Made by a program: the position numbers and the translations under genes
In this document: positions 23,301-35,885 of the stretch, in pieces
Layout of the letters: each line of letters opens with the position of its first letter
Numbering within the stretch: the first letter of the stretch is position 1
Notes under the pieces: generated by a model
What the model was told of the DNA's origin: nothing
Seen by the model: the letters and a program-made list of their open reading frames with translations, nothing else
The model's database searches: none
Origin: Harriotta raleighana
Lineage: Eukaryota
Direction: 5' to 3'
DNA: 64,000 nucleotides
Assembly (NCBI GenBank): GCA_050575255.1
Contig: JBNZDD010013730.1
Coordinates: 8,214,012 to 8,278,011 of the forward strand

Positions 23301-25428
23301 CAAGTAATCATGAGAACAAATTTTGGATTGACTTGCTACTTTTAACAACAATGTTGAGGTGTGTAAACATGAGTGAGACTCATATGAGAGGACATAGTCA
23401 TATGTTTTATCCAAGTTATCACACCACTGTCCACCTTTCTACCTCTCAGAAACATGAGTTAGAACCTTAGCATTTTAGGTCTTTCATAATAGTTATCCTA
23501 GTGAGGCTACATTGGTGGCTGTGCGAGATGTTAAATACTCACATTTAAGAGGGGAGATTCCACCTAAAGATAGATTTACTCAATTTGCATAGTGCTGTAT
23601 TTTAGAGAGTCTGAAATTTTTAAAATACAACCTTAGTTTTGATATTGTTTTTCTGCAAGTTCTTTTGAGAACTGAGAAGATTCTGGCGTCAATGTTAAGA
23701 CTGAATTCAACACGTCATCAAATTCTGGAGCTTCTAAAATGCGACTTAAATAAAATAAGTCGAGTCCTAGCTGGAATTTCTCTCTAATAATACTTGATGT
23801 ATAGTGCCAACTGGTTAGCCATTACTTGAATTAGAAATGATGTGGCACCACTTTTCACTTGACTTGGAAAACCACATTGATTTTTAAGAGTACCCTAATG
23901 GTCTTGCCACTAGCTTCCTATAAAACATTCATTCATTTGTTAAAAGTGCTCTTGAATTTTTTATGCTAAAGTGAGAACAATTGGAAAGAAAACCTGTGTG
24001 TAATAAGGAGGTGATTGTGTCATAGCTTCCTGACAGCTATGTTCTTTTATAGTCAATGCTAACTCGGGATTGAATGAAGCGCAATATCGTGTCTGACAGG
24101 AAATGATATTCTCAATGACTACAGTACTCGTTTATTTTGTAATGAGAGGACTAATGGGAATTTAAGTCTCATGGGAATGAAAATTTCTCCCTCCACTCCC
24201 CTCACCCCATCCAATATTGTGTTAATGAAACTGAGAATAATTTAGAGGGCGGTGTAGTGGGTTCTGGAACATTACTTTGCAGCTGGTACCGTGTAGGTTT
24301 GCATTGGCAGTTCCTGATGTTCTGAGTTATTAATAACAGTTGATCTCTCTATCATCATGGGGAGACAGATAATTGCACTCTGTTCACCAGCTATAAAGTG
24401 GCTAACTTGACAATGACATTCCTTGCCACTTGTCCTCCTGGACAGTAATACTTTCCCAAATTACAAAATTGTTATAATTCTCCACAGTTTATAACATATA
24501 GAAACAGAGACCCAATGGCCTTGTTGCGTTGCCTACAACATCTGGCACAACAGCTGTTTCATTTCATCCAATTTTGAAGGTAACTAAAAGAATATTCATA
24601 TGGGAAAGACATGCATTTGCTGCAGTGCGAACACTGCACAGTGTCCAGGTTAACGTGAGATTTCAGAGCAGCCTCTTCCAGGATTCAAGCCGCTTTGAAA
24701 ATGATTTCACAATGTGACAACTCCCCACTGTTTTGAAAGGAGTGAGGGGCTTTTGTCTGCGGTCTCTGTTCTTATATTGTGAGCTGTCGAGGAATCTTCG
24801 ACAGAAAGGTGCAATGTTGCGGCAAAGGGTAGAGGTTGGAATAATTTGACATATATTTTTGAAGACTCTGTGAGTTTGCCTCACATTCTAATGTCAGCTT
24901 TATGTTGCACTGCCTCCTTCCTGCTTCACTAGTTTTACCAAAGTCTCTTATTGGGTAAATAAAGATGAATGATCCTCATGCAGTTACATTGATGAATCAA
25001 TGCTCAGGTGTATCTAGGGCTGAGGTATAGCTTGATGCTCAATGATAAGTGATGTGCCTCAGATATCGTCTGGATTAAAAATGATCTGCACCTTTTTATA
25101 ACCTATACAATCATTTCACTTGTATAGTATTTTTATTCCAGGTTGACAAAAAACAATGGAGGTTGATCATTCCACTGATGAGGCTGTTTATAATTTGTTG
25201 GGTTGCGGGTTCAAAGAGATATTTCATGTTTAGTACTTCTAAAATAATATCCTTTGGGGGAACAAAATTGTCCAGACAGATGGCTGACGGCTTAATTAGT
25301 GACATGCAATGATAGCCCTAGCTCAATTTCCTCTTAGTTATTCTTAGTTATGTCACTAATTTAGCTCTAATTTAGCACTAAACTAACTGTGTTTCACTAT
25401 GGGAGATTTGAAGAGAATAATAATAATA

Positions 25429-26270
25429 CAGTAAAACCTTATTTATCCGGCACCCATGGGACCTGGCCAGTGCCGGTTAAATGTTTTTTCCGGTTGAACT
25501 GATTTATTTTTAAAAATGTTTTATTGAATATAATTTTGTCCCCCAAAAAATATTTTAATACATACCATATTAATAATGGATTAAATAATAACAGAATATT
25601 CCATTAGTACATTATTTATACTTAACTTCGCAATTACAGTACTGATTCGACAGGAGGTAAAAAAACGCGACTTCTAAAAGCAACGAGTTTAGACCTAATG
25701 GCCAGCACATGCACATGCACAGACACACACACACACACACACACACATAAGACAGACAGACACAGACAGACACAGACCCTCAAAAATATTCAGTCTGAAT
25801 CCATCATATAAATTCTGTCGTCTCCCCCATCACCCGTCCCTTTCCTCTCTCTCCCTCCCTCTCTCTCTGCAGCAACCTGTCTGCCATTTCTCTCTCTCTC
25901 ACTCCATTATGCTTTCCCCATCTCTCTCTCTCTTACTCCATTATGCTTTCCCCTATCTCTCTTTCTCCCTTTCCCCATATCTCATTCCCCCACTCTCTCT
26001 TTCTCTCCATTCCTCCAACTCTCTCTCTCTCCGTTTCCTCCCCTCCCTCCCTCCCTCTCTCTCTGGCCACTACCTGCAGCAGTATTTATTATGTACACAT
26101 TACTTACCTTCCCAACTTCAGGCACTCATCCATCCGAACAAAGTAAAATAAAAACCGTGACTTTTAAAAGGACCCGGAACGAGTTTAGACCCGTCACCGG
26201 ATAACTTCCAGTTAGTCGGATCGGGACTTTTTTTGAGATGGTGGTTGAATGGATAAACAAGGTTTTACTG
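25429..26270. mobile_element. Tigger-like MITE (family 2) containing (CA)n and CT-rich tracts
   Basis: TA|CAGTAAAACCTTATTTATCC ... GGATAAACAAGGTTTTACTG|TA; sits within the (AAT)n tail of a SINE. Confidence 0.88.
25710..26065. repeat. (CA)n/(CAGA)n microsatellite followed by polypyrimidine low-complexity tract
   Basis: acacacac run at about 25723-25747 and ctctctct/ccctccct runs from about 25820 to 26065. Confidence 0.9.
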
Positions 26271-26372
26271 TATAATAATCCTTGCATTTGACAAAGCGCC
26301 TTATCGCGCTTTCAAGATGTCTCAAAGCACTTCAAGGAATATAATGTAACACGTAGTGACTGTGTATTTTGC
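26271..26372 (-). mobile_element. 3' fragment of tRNA-derived SINE (tail split by the MITE)
   Basis: taataatccttgcatttgacaaagcgcc...gatgtctcaaagcacttca; the rest of the (AAT)n tail is at 25416-25428. Confidence 0.8.
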
Positions 26373-26437
26373 ATTACAGGAAGGATGTTTATTACCCTCT
26401 CTACCCCCTCCCCCCACCAAATGGTCCATTATTGTGT

Positions 26438-26840
26438 GAACAACAAACAACAACAAAATAATTATGCTTGTATAGTGCCTTTCACGTCGGGAGGACGTCC
26501 CAATCAGGTTGGGACCCGAGCAATGGGGAGGGTCGGTGGTAGTGGGAGGGGGAAGGAGAGTGGGAGAGGGATAAGAGGGGGGGAGCCGGTCGAAGAGGAA
26601 AGTCTTGAGACCGGCCTTGAAGGAGGAAAGGGAGGAAGCAAGGCGGAGGGACTGCGGGATGGAGTTCCATAGTGTGGGGGCAGAAAGGCTGAAAGCCCGG
26701 CCACCGATGGTTGGGCAGTTGGGGCAATGGATGCAGAGCAGGCCTGAATCTGCTGAACAGAGTCGGTGGGCAGGCTGATAGGCAGACAGCAGGTCAGAGA
26801 GATAGGCGGGGGCAAGGCCGTGAATGGCCTTGATCCTCGT
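26438..26840 (-). mobile_element. L2 LINE 3' fragment
   Basis: Peptide KAIHGLAPAYLSDLLSAYQPAHRLCSADSGLL...GGRAFSLSAPTLWNSIPQSLRLASSLSSFKAGLKTFLF and tail cgtgaaaggcactatacaagc...ttgttgtt. Confidence 0.93.
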
Positions 26841-26949
26841 CCTCATGAAGGCTGCAACTCTTATTCAAGCCTGAAGATTTGAATAGCAGCAGGTTACTTG
26901 ACTGTGGTCAATATTGTACTTATGCCCCATGTTTTACTAAGTTCCACAT

Positions 26950-27105
26950 TCCAGAAAGGGATGCTGGATAGGGATCAGTACAGGGATGCTGGCGGTGATT
27001 TCTCTTCTGTAGCCTAGGGGCATTGAGACTATTTTGTGTTTCTCCTGGATTTATCCCAGTTAAAATTAACTAATGCAGCAGAGACTGGAGATCGAACCTC
27101 ATAGG
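26950..27105 (-). mobile_element. Old tRNA-headed SINE-like fragment
   Basis: Antisense B-box-like GGTTCGATCTCC at about 27087-27098, with body related to 15485-15725. Confidence 0.4.
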
Positions 27106-29332
27106 GCTGCAGGCTCACTTTCATAATAAGATGGTGGTGAAGGAGAAGCCGTTATAAGCCAACACAGACAAAGTCACAAGTACAACAATGAAGATCATCA
27201 TTGGATTATTTGAGCATGATTTCATGAAATAAATAGGCACATTGTCACCCTGTCTCCGCAGAGAGCAACAGATTTTTTTTAAGTTTTAATGAAGTCAGCA
27301 CATCTTTCAAATAAAGAATTATGAATTTGATATATGCTTTTGCTCCTTACCATATAATTCTGTATTTGCCTACACTAGCATCGGAGAGGGGGGGTGGAAC
27401 ATTGACAAAAATCTTTGACATTAGGCAGATTGTTAAGGATTGCTATGCAGCAGCAATGACAGCTAGTTTAGAACGTACAATCCACAAAAAGCAGAGATGT
27501 TTTCAGAGCAGGTTATTCACGGATACTCCTGGAAATAAGCTTGTCTAAAAACTCCCCTATATAATGGTTTAATTGTAGTATTCCTTTAATAAGCACCCAC
27601 ACTGCCTGCAGTTCAGTGTTAATCATTGGTGTGGTTGTGACACCACCCACTCAATCACATAATTATGTTTGGTGCACTAGAAAGAAAAATGTGTGTTTTG
27701 AACATTGTAGAAATTGCAGTCCCCTAAAGGCTTTAATCTGTGAGTGATTTTACTTTGCTGTGTAACTTCATAGTCTTTTTTTCAATTGTACATAATATTC
27801 TTCCAATTTCCCTGTGTGTCTTTTTGTGTTGTCATGCACCATCCCATCAGATCTGCTTACACACCACGATCAGTGCTGCAGTGAAGATTCACTGGTTCCT
27901 GTTGCAATGGTCCTGGGTCACTGACCTTCCTTCCCTGTAGGGAAACGTTTGCTCATTATCACTCGTCACCTCCTCACTGAAGCAGGGTTGAGTTTGTGAG
28001 TGGTCCTGTGGGGAGTTGTGCCTACAAACCCTATTGTATTCCTGCTTTGTAGCATTGATGCTATAAACAATACTGCCTAATTGCTCTTTTATTGTTATTA
28101 CTATTTCAAACCTATGCTGTTTTATTGCACCTTTCAAAAGTATTAAAAATAATGATTACAACATATTCTATCTTAACACACACTGATATAGATAAAATGT
28201 CTATTTGATTCAGGGCATGCATGCTGTATACAGCCTCTTCCAAAGATGAGCTACCGTAAATAATGAACATTGCATCATGGTTTAATCAGGAGACCTGGTT
28301 AAAGCACTGATCTGTGGCTGATGGTTTAATCTGTATTCAGCCCCTATTGTTCCTCAAGTCTACATTAGAATCTTAACTGAATACACAGTGATTCCCCCAT
28401 TTCACTATGAACTATAGCCGATCTGCGACATAGCAACGATACAGTGGTTCGAAAAGTCTCTGGTACGTTCATAAAAATCACAAGATTAGTTCAGATGAAG
28501 AAAGCTATCTAGTCCATTCCCACAATACCCACCCCACTGCCCTCCCAACACAGCATGAAGCTGTTTTTGTTTTTAAATATGTCCAATGTCCTGATCTCAA
28601 CCATCCTTTTTGGCAACCTGATTTAGCTGTATATCTATCACCTAGCAGCAGTTCTCCCCTTCAGTAAACATATGAGAAATCAGATGAGCAGATGCCGTCA
28701 CTGTTTTATAGGGAAGATCAAAGATGGAAAATAACCAGTTACGCAGAATAAAAGATGTTTCAGAACTGGCACCACATAGAGCAATCAGTGTTAATTCATA
28801 ATTTGAATGTTTTAGGCTGGATGAATTTAATGCATTAAATCTATTTTACATTTCAATGGTGAAGAGAATTTCCTATGAAATGTAAACAGATGTTTTGTTT
28901 AAACTATGCCAGGTTTCCATAATAAAAGAAAAATAATCTTTTGTTGAGTGGATTAATTACCCCTTGGATCAGGATTCAGTGTAATTTCTGTGTTTACAGA
29001 ACATGGTTGGTTGGATGGTGCCAACTTGTTAGGTAGGAAAGTTAATCCACATTTCCATTGCATTGTGGTTTCTGTGGTATTTCACAGTTCTACTACCCTA
29101 TGTGGCCCGAAGGCCAGTTCCTGACATCATTGGAAGTTATTCCACCCTCACGTTCACTTTGAAGCCCAAACAAGTACAGTACATTGTTTCTCATTGATTT
29201 CTGGCATTGACAGCAGGACATTTGGCCTGGCACTGTAACCTCTTAATCCCTGGCTGTCATTCAAAGCATTTGTGCCTGATTTTTGCCATTGTGCCCATTT
29301 ATTAATTTATTTGTATATTCGACAAGACTCCT

Positions 29333-29730
29333 CAACATCAAAATTACATTTGTATAGCACTTTCATGTCTGGAGGACGGCCAAGGCGCTGGACAGTCAGT
29401 GGTTCAGATCTGAGCTGGGTCCAGGATCAGGGAGTGTGGAGGGAAGTGTTGGGAAAGGGGGTGACCGATGGCAAAGATGAAGAGGAGGGACTTGAAGCAG
29501 GATTTGAAGGTGGCTGGCTTGGGAGGAGGTGAGGCAGAGTGCCCTTACGGAATTCCAGAGGTAGGGTGTAGAGTGGCTGAATTTATCCCGCATCCCCCCC
29601 GATGTTGGGGCGGGGCACGTGGAGCTGGCTTCAATCCGCCGAGCGGAGGAAACAGACAGGTTGTTAGGGGATTAGGAGGTTTCAGAGATGGAGGGGTGGG
29701 GGTGGGGTCATGAAGTTGAGGACCTTAACA
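29333..29730 (-). mobile_element. L2 LINE 3' fragment
   Basis: aaattacatttgtatagcactttcatgtctggaggacg tail; peptide FSHSTPYLWNS. Confidence 0.85.
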
Positions 29731-30762
29731 AGGTAAAATAAAAACTCCACAAATAAAATGTGAATACAGCTTATTTTGCTTTGTATTACGCAAGCTAGGG
29801 AGGAATGGTACAAAGATAAAGACTCTGGTGATTTTAGAGTTCAGAGACAACTTGAGGAGTCCTTGTAAAGAATCAGTTTCTCTTCTATTTTTGTTTTAAT
29901 GTACAGTACCCCAGGTGCATTGCAAGCCAGGTAACTGTCCATGCAGTTCTTCGTTAAACTTCTAGGGAGCATNTTTCTCTTCTATTTTTGTTTTAATGTA
30001 CAGTACCCCAGGTGCATTGCAAGACAGGTAACTGTCCATGCAGTGCTACCTGGATGATTGTCCATCCATTTTCCTTCACCATTGGCAATCCCCGAATCAG
30101 AGAGTGTTGTGACGCAAAAATAAACTGTAGCCTCACATTACCTGGATTTCTTTAAAAAATAAATCTGTGCTCAGGAAATATAATTTAAAACGGATTATCA
30201 CTGTAACATTATATAAAGTACTTTAATGGGATATTTAGTGCCAGGCTTATTTTACATTCGCACACAAAAATTGGCAGTTGGAAGACAAGCTCTCATCACA
30301 AATGGAATAACAAATCTCAAGTACTGTAGGCTTTGCATCTTTACGTTTGTACTTAAAATATTAGTACCAACCTGTGGGATGGGCAGGCCTGTATTTAAAC
30401 AATTTTCAACTTTTAGGTTTTGTTGTTGTAGGAGACATGTTGAGTATGAATACAACTAAAAACTGCCAATATATCACGCTACACTGCTTCAGTGGACTTC
30501 AGGGTTTCCATCCCTTTTGTGCCCACTCCAATAGCGACCGAATGCCTATTCTCACCCCATTGCTATTAGTCACCTTGAGAGCAAAAGACATTTCTAACAT
30601 TGACGTATCATTAAAGGTCAGTATATCCAAACACTGAAATGATGAAAATTAATTGTCAACCAGGATTCATAAGGATTAGAACATGATTGTTAGACACTAC
30701 AAAGTTGTGACCAGTATATTGATTATGTAACCTAACATTGTACTGAACATTTTACTGTACTT

Positions 30763-31848
30763 CAAAACATATTTGTTTATTTTATAAATAATTTAAATTA
30801 GGAATTGTTATAATCCCATTATATTCAGATTCTATATAAATCCAAAAGGAATAACAACATTTTTAACACAGAGTGTTGAAGGAAAATGTAGTGCCTGCCA
30901 GAGTCTGCAGTAAATGGGTTCAAAATAGAGGTGATGTGATAGATCCTCATAAATCCTAAAATATTACCCTCACATCTCACTTAAATACAATATATGTTCC
31001 CCGCAGTATGGTGCTGTATCTTTATTCCAAAGATAAAAATACTTGACTATGTTTCACTCTTGACAGAAATTGCCAGTTATTTCTTGTGGTGCCCAGTAAA
31101 CTCTGTTGCACTTTTTTTTTAACAAATTGCTTTCTTCCTGGGTCATAGCTCCTATCCCACATTATTACTCTTTTCTGGATTGCTTCTTTTAAAAAGTAGG
31201 TTTTGTTGACGTTAGCAGTGTCGGAGAATGTTAGGCTTTAAGAACGAAGCATGCCTCTCCAAATAAAAAAAAATAGGATTGTGTAATCCACTGTTCTTTT
31301 TAAATACCGAGTAACTGCAGTTTTAGAGCTTTGAAACTTGGAGATCCAATTCTTAATTAAAAATAGTGCTGGGAAGCCCCTCATAGTGCTCAATCATATA
31401 TCTTAGTCGATTGACTAGGAGCATCTTGATGTCTAGGAACGTCTTCATAGCTGAAATTGCCTGATTTCTGATCGGAAACTATTGTCTTGTTATAGAGTAT
31501 TTATTTGAGAAAATATAATTTGGAACACAAATGAATGTATTTTACTCCAAAACATATTTGTTTATTTTACAAATAATTTAAATTAGGAATTGTTATAATC
31601 CCATTATATTCAGATTCTATATAAATCCAAAAGGAATAACAACATTTTTAACACAGAGTGTTGAAGGAAAATGTAGTGCCTGCCAGAGTCTGCAGTAAAT
31701 TAGTTCAAAATAGAGGTGACGTGATAGATCCTCATAAATCCTAAAATATTACCCTCACATCTCACTTAAATACAATATATGTTCCCCACAGTATGTTGCT
31801 ATATGTTTATTCCAAGGATAAAAATACTTTATTTGACAGAAATTGCCA
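30763..31848 (+). repeat. Direct duplication of ~300 nt (30763-31075 and 31548-31848)
   Basis: Both copies read caaaacatatttgtttatttt...ggaattgttataatccc...gacagaaattgcca, with scattered substitutions and one indel. Confidence 0.92.
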
Positions 31849-31871
31849 TATCCCCTAATCCCTCTAAAAAA

Positions 31872-32010
31872 TAGAGGGATTAAGGGATATGGGGATAGGG
31901 CAGGTAATTAGAGTTAGGTCAGAAGATCAGACATGATCTTATTGAATGGTGGGCAAGGCTCAAAGGGCCGAATGGCCTACTCCTGCTCCTAATTCTTATG
32001 TTCTTATGTA
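31872..32010 (+). mobile_element. CR1 (HER1-like) LINE 3' end
   Basis: aagggatatgggg...gatcagacatgatcttattgaatggtg...ggctcaaagggccgaatggcctactcctgctcctaattcttatgttcttatg, the recalled chondrichthyan CR1 tail. Confidence 0.85.
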
Positions 32011-32980
32011 TTTTAATCACATACAGCAAAATAACTTGTTCTTTACTTTTTGGAAATTTTGGACTCAGTTTCATTAACCTGTGGCATTGCACAATATTGG
32101 GTTCAATTCCATTATACTTGCAACATGAGAACAATACCATGTTTATAAGGGCGATGATGCTAGAGCGGGGGAATAGGATTAGCGTAGATAGCTTCAGAGG
32201 AGGAATGAGGATTAGCAGAGGCTTATGGGCCAAATGGTCTCGTTCTGTCCTATGATTTCTGTGACTTTATATTTCATTGTAGAATGTATCTGGGCACAAA
32301 TTACACATGTCAATTAAATATTAATGTGCTGCGTATCACATTTTGATGTACCTAGAAATGACCTGTTCTTGATTTTAGATTTTTGTGTTGTTTTGGAGAA
32401 AGAATTTAAGGTTGTGTTCAGATTCTGGTTCAATTGAAGACCGATTCTACATTGCCACCCTATTGTTCTTAACTTGTGCATTGCCAAATAAATGTTGTAA
32501 CAGCACTTTGAACATTGCCCCGATCCATGTCTCACAGGCATGGATGTGCCACTATTAAAAAAAAGTCTCAGGTGGATGGGAAATNAACAGCACTTTGAAC
32601 ATTGCCCCGATCCATGTCTCACAGGCATGGATGTGCCACTATTAGCACAGGCATGGATGTGATCAGGTGGATGGGAAAGATTTTTTCTTTGTGAGCTCTT
32701 GTTGTCAAGATTTTTCTAATCATAGTTTCTCTTCCATTGTGCTTCATACCTGCATTTATGTTGACATTGTTGACCCTTAATCTGCTGAAAATGGTGAATA
32801 TTTGGAAATTAATCAAAAGGCATCTATTAAAGAGATGTACTGTATTTGAACTTTTTAATGTTTGGCTCAAAGAGAGAGAGAAAGATCCTCATTATTGGAG
32901 ATCCCTCTCCCCTCTAAGGCAAACACTAAAGAGTTCAGTTGCCTTATAGATACCTTCCAAAAAAAGATTGTGAATGTCTA

Positions 32981-33095
32981 CAGGCAATCCTCTAGTTACG
33001 ACGTTTCGAGGTACGACAATTCGAAGTTACGACACTTAATATCAGTAAAATTACGTCCGAGTTACATCCAAAGTCTCGAAGTTACGACACTACTA
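32981..33095. mobile_element. Left end of a third Tigger-like DNA element, running into the gap
   Basis: TA|CAGGCAATCCTCTAGTTACGAC start with repeated gttacgac subterminal motifs. Confidence 0.65.
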
Positions 33096-33851
33096 NNNNN
33101 NNNNNNNNNNNNNNNNNNNNNNNNNNNNNNNNNNNNNNNNNNNNNNNNNNNNNNNNNNNNNNNNNNNNNNNNNNNNNNNNNNNNNNNNNNNNNNNNNNNN
33201 NNNNNNNNNNNNNNNNNNNNNNNNNNNNNNNNNNNNNNNNNNNNNNNNNNNNNNNNNNNNNNNNNNNNNNNNNNNNNNNNNNNNNNNNNNNNNNNNNNNN
33301 NNNNNNNNNNNNNNNNNNNNNNNNNNNNNNNNNNNNNNNNNNNNNNNNNNNNNNNNNNNNNNNNNNNNNNNNNNNNNNNNNNNNNNNNNNNNNNNNNNNN
33401 NNNNNNNNNNNNNNNNNNNNNNNNNNNNNNNNNNNNNNNNNNNNNNNNNNNNNNNNNNNNNNNNNNNNNNNNNNNNNNNNNNNNNNNNNNNNNNNNNNNN
33501 NNNNNNNNNNNNNNNNNNNNNNNNNNNNNNNNNNNNNNNNNNNNNNNNNNNNNNNNNNNNNNNNNNNNNNNNNNNNNNNNNNNNNNNNNNNNNNNNNNNN
33601 NNNNNNNNNNNNNNNNNNNNNNNNNNNNNNNNNNNNNNNNNNNNNNNNNNNNNNNNNNNNNNNNNNNNNNNNNNNNNNNNNNNNNNNNNNNNNNNNNNNN
33701 NNNNNNNNNNNNNNNNNNNNNNNNNNNNNNNNNNNNNNNNNNNNNNNNNNNNNNNNNNNNNNNNNNNNNNNNNNNNNNNNNNNNNNNNNNNNNNNNNNNN
33801 NNNNNNNNNNNNNNNNNNNNNNNNNNNNNNNNNNNNNNNNNNNNNNNNNNN
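33096..33851. other. Assembly gap (756 N)
   Basis: Run of N. Confidence 1.
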
Positions 33852-34625
33852 CGCACCCAATATGATTGCACCAATGTTAAAAACGCTTCTGGGCCAGTGT
33901 AGCCGGGTGCGGGTGGAGCTGATGGGGTCATGGAGGCTGATGTGGTTACGGAGCCTGGTACATTAGAGGACACGAGCTAGAGTTTTGGAATATCTGCAGC
34001 TTCTGGAGGGAAGATTTAGGGAGGCCAAAAAGAAGGGAGTTTCCGTAGTCGAGCCCCGAGGTGACAAAAGCATGTGCAAGGATTTTGGCAGCGTGAGGAG
34101 TGAGGCAATGGGGGAGTCGGACAATGTTGTGGAGGTGATGGCAGGCAATGCTGGTCATGGCATGGATATGGGAGAGGCAAGCAGCTGAGGGTCGAACAAG
34201 ATGTCCAGGTTCCTGACGGGCTTGGTGAGATGGAGTGTGCATTCGTGGATGTTGATGCTGCCAATGCCTGAGGTGCAGTGGCTCTAGCACGAGCCAACCA
34301 GGAGGGCCTCGGCCTTGCTGACGTTCAGCTGAAGAAAGTTGTCCCTCATCTAGGACTTGCTATCTGACAGGTAGTTTGTCAGCACGCCAGTTGTCCTAGA
34401 ATCGAGGGTTAAGGCAAAAAGATAGAGTTGCGTGTCATCCGCATACATGCGGAAATTTACCCCATGTCTACAGATGATGTCGCCAATGTAGAGATTGAAG
34501 AGGAGGGGACGGAAGACAAAGCCCTGAGGAACATTGCACGTGACTGTGTGGGGCTGGGAGAGAAACCATTAGCGGAGACAAATTGTGAGAGATCAGAACC
34601 AGTGAAGGACAGAACCTTGAAAGCA
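33852..34625 (-). mobile_element. L2 LINE reverse-transcriptase fragment (frameshifted)
   Basis: Minus strand encodes [10 protein letters not shown] (YADD at about 34435-34446) and AAKILAHAFVTSGLDYGNSLLFGLPKSSLQKLQIFQNS. Confidence 0.92.
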
Positions 34626-35434
34626 GCTCAGCCCACTGCTTTGGAAGGTGGTCCCTTGATTGTCAGTAAATTTATGAGTTTAAAATTTGCTCTCCATTGA
34701 GAAGAAAATTGAGGCCAATATGACAGAACACAAATTGAAGCTGGAGTGTTTCCTGGCCTGCATGGATTTGCATGGTGGATTTTACCCACTGAGTCATTTA
34801 CGATAATAAAGGCACACTGGCTATGGACAGGACTGCCGCCAATATGAACAAATGCACTAAATGGGTTCCGAAATCAATAGTTGTCTAACTCAAGTAGGTA
34901 TCTAATTAAGATTTGACGGGAAGTGCTTGGGATCCATGAGTCTCGTAAAGTACAGAAAGTAAATCAAACGGTCAGCCTGCAGAATTTCTAAGCTGATGAT
35001 GTTGCTAAGGTGATGAGGGTGCAAATGATCCCTTTGAATCTGCCAGTCGTGACACCTATAGCGTAAGGAACCAGCAGAACTCAGTGATGAAATGTAAGCT
35101 TTATATTGACGGCTACTAGAGGGAATGCTATGAAATTTAAACACCACCTTCTGTTTGTTCTGCTCTTGTTCTTCTTATGTCCTTGTATCTATCGGTGTCA
35201 ATTACGGGTAAACATTTCATGAGGGGCACTGAGTTGTGAGTCCTTTTGGGAACCTGATAAAAAGAACACATCCTGTAATAGGGGCAGATACCGTTAAGTT
35301 ATCCTTTGGTCATAGTATTTTTAGAGCAGCCATATCACTGGGGCATCAACTTGAAGGCACAAATACCAAATGTCACATACTGTATTATGAAACCAAAAAT
35401 ATCATATGATAAATAATAATAATCCTTGAATTTG

Positions 35435-35770
35435 AGAACATAGGTACAGGAATAGACCACTCAGTCAATCAAGCCTGTTCAACCATTCTATTAAATCATA
35501 GCTGATCGGTACCTCAGCTCCATTAATGAGAGAATATCAGATTTCCACAATCCTTTGTGTGAAAAAATGCTTCCAGGTTTCACTCCAAATTGGCCTAGCT
35601 CTAATTTTACTATTAAGCCCCTTCGTTCTTGGATATCCTATCAAGTCCCTTTACCACTTATCTCAATTTGATCGCCCCTCAACCTTTGAACTCCAGGGAA
35701 TGCAAACCAAGTTTATGCAATCTATCTTCGTAATTTAACCATTTCAGCCCTGAATCATTCTGGTGATACA
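35435..35770 (-). mobile_element. CR1 LINE 3' fragment
   Basis: gaacataggtacaggaatagaccactcagtcaatcaagcctgttcaaccattc...atcatagctgatc, the antisense CR1 tail. Confidence 0.7.
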
Positions 35771-35774
35771 AGGG

Positions 35775-35885
35775 ATAAATAATAACAATCCTTGCATTTG
35801 ATATATTCCCTTCAAAATCAGGTGGATGTCTCAACGTACATCACAGGATTTATGGTAAAGTGTAGTGACTGTGAATGTTGTAGGC
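35775..35885 (-). mobile_element. 3' fragment of tRNA-derived SINE
   Basis: aataataacaatccttgcatttgatata...ggatgtctcaa...aagtgtagtgactgt. Confidence 0.7.

Noticed and set aside
29877-30043. ~70-nt direct repeat
   Set aside because: The second copy begins immediately after the single N at 29973; typical unmerged contig overlap.
32499-32675. Tandem repeats of aacagcactttgaac...ggatgtgccactatta
   Set aside because: They flank the single N at 32585; likely an assembly overlap artefact.
32862-33973. Long ORFs of 255-346 aa
   Set aside because: They are open only because they span the N gap.
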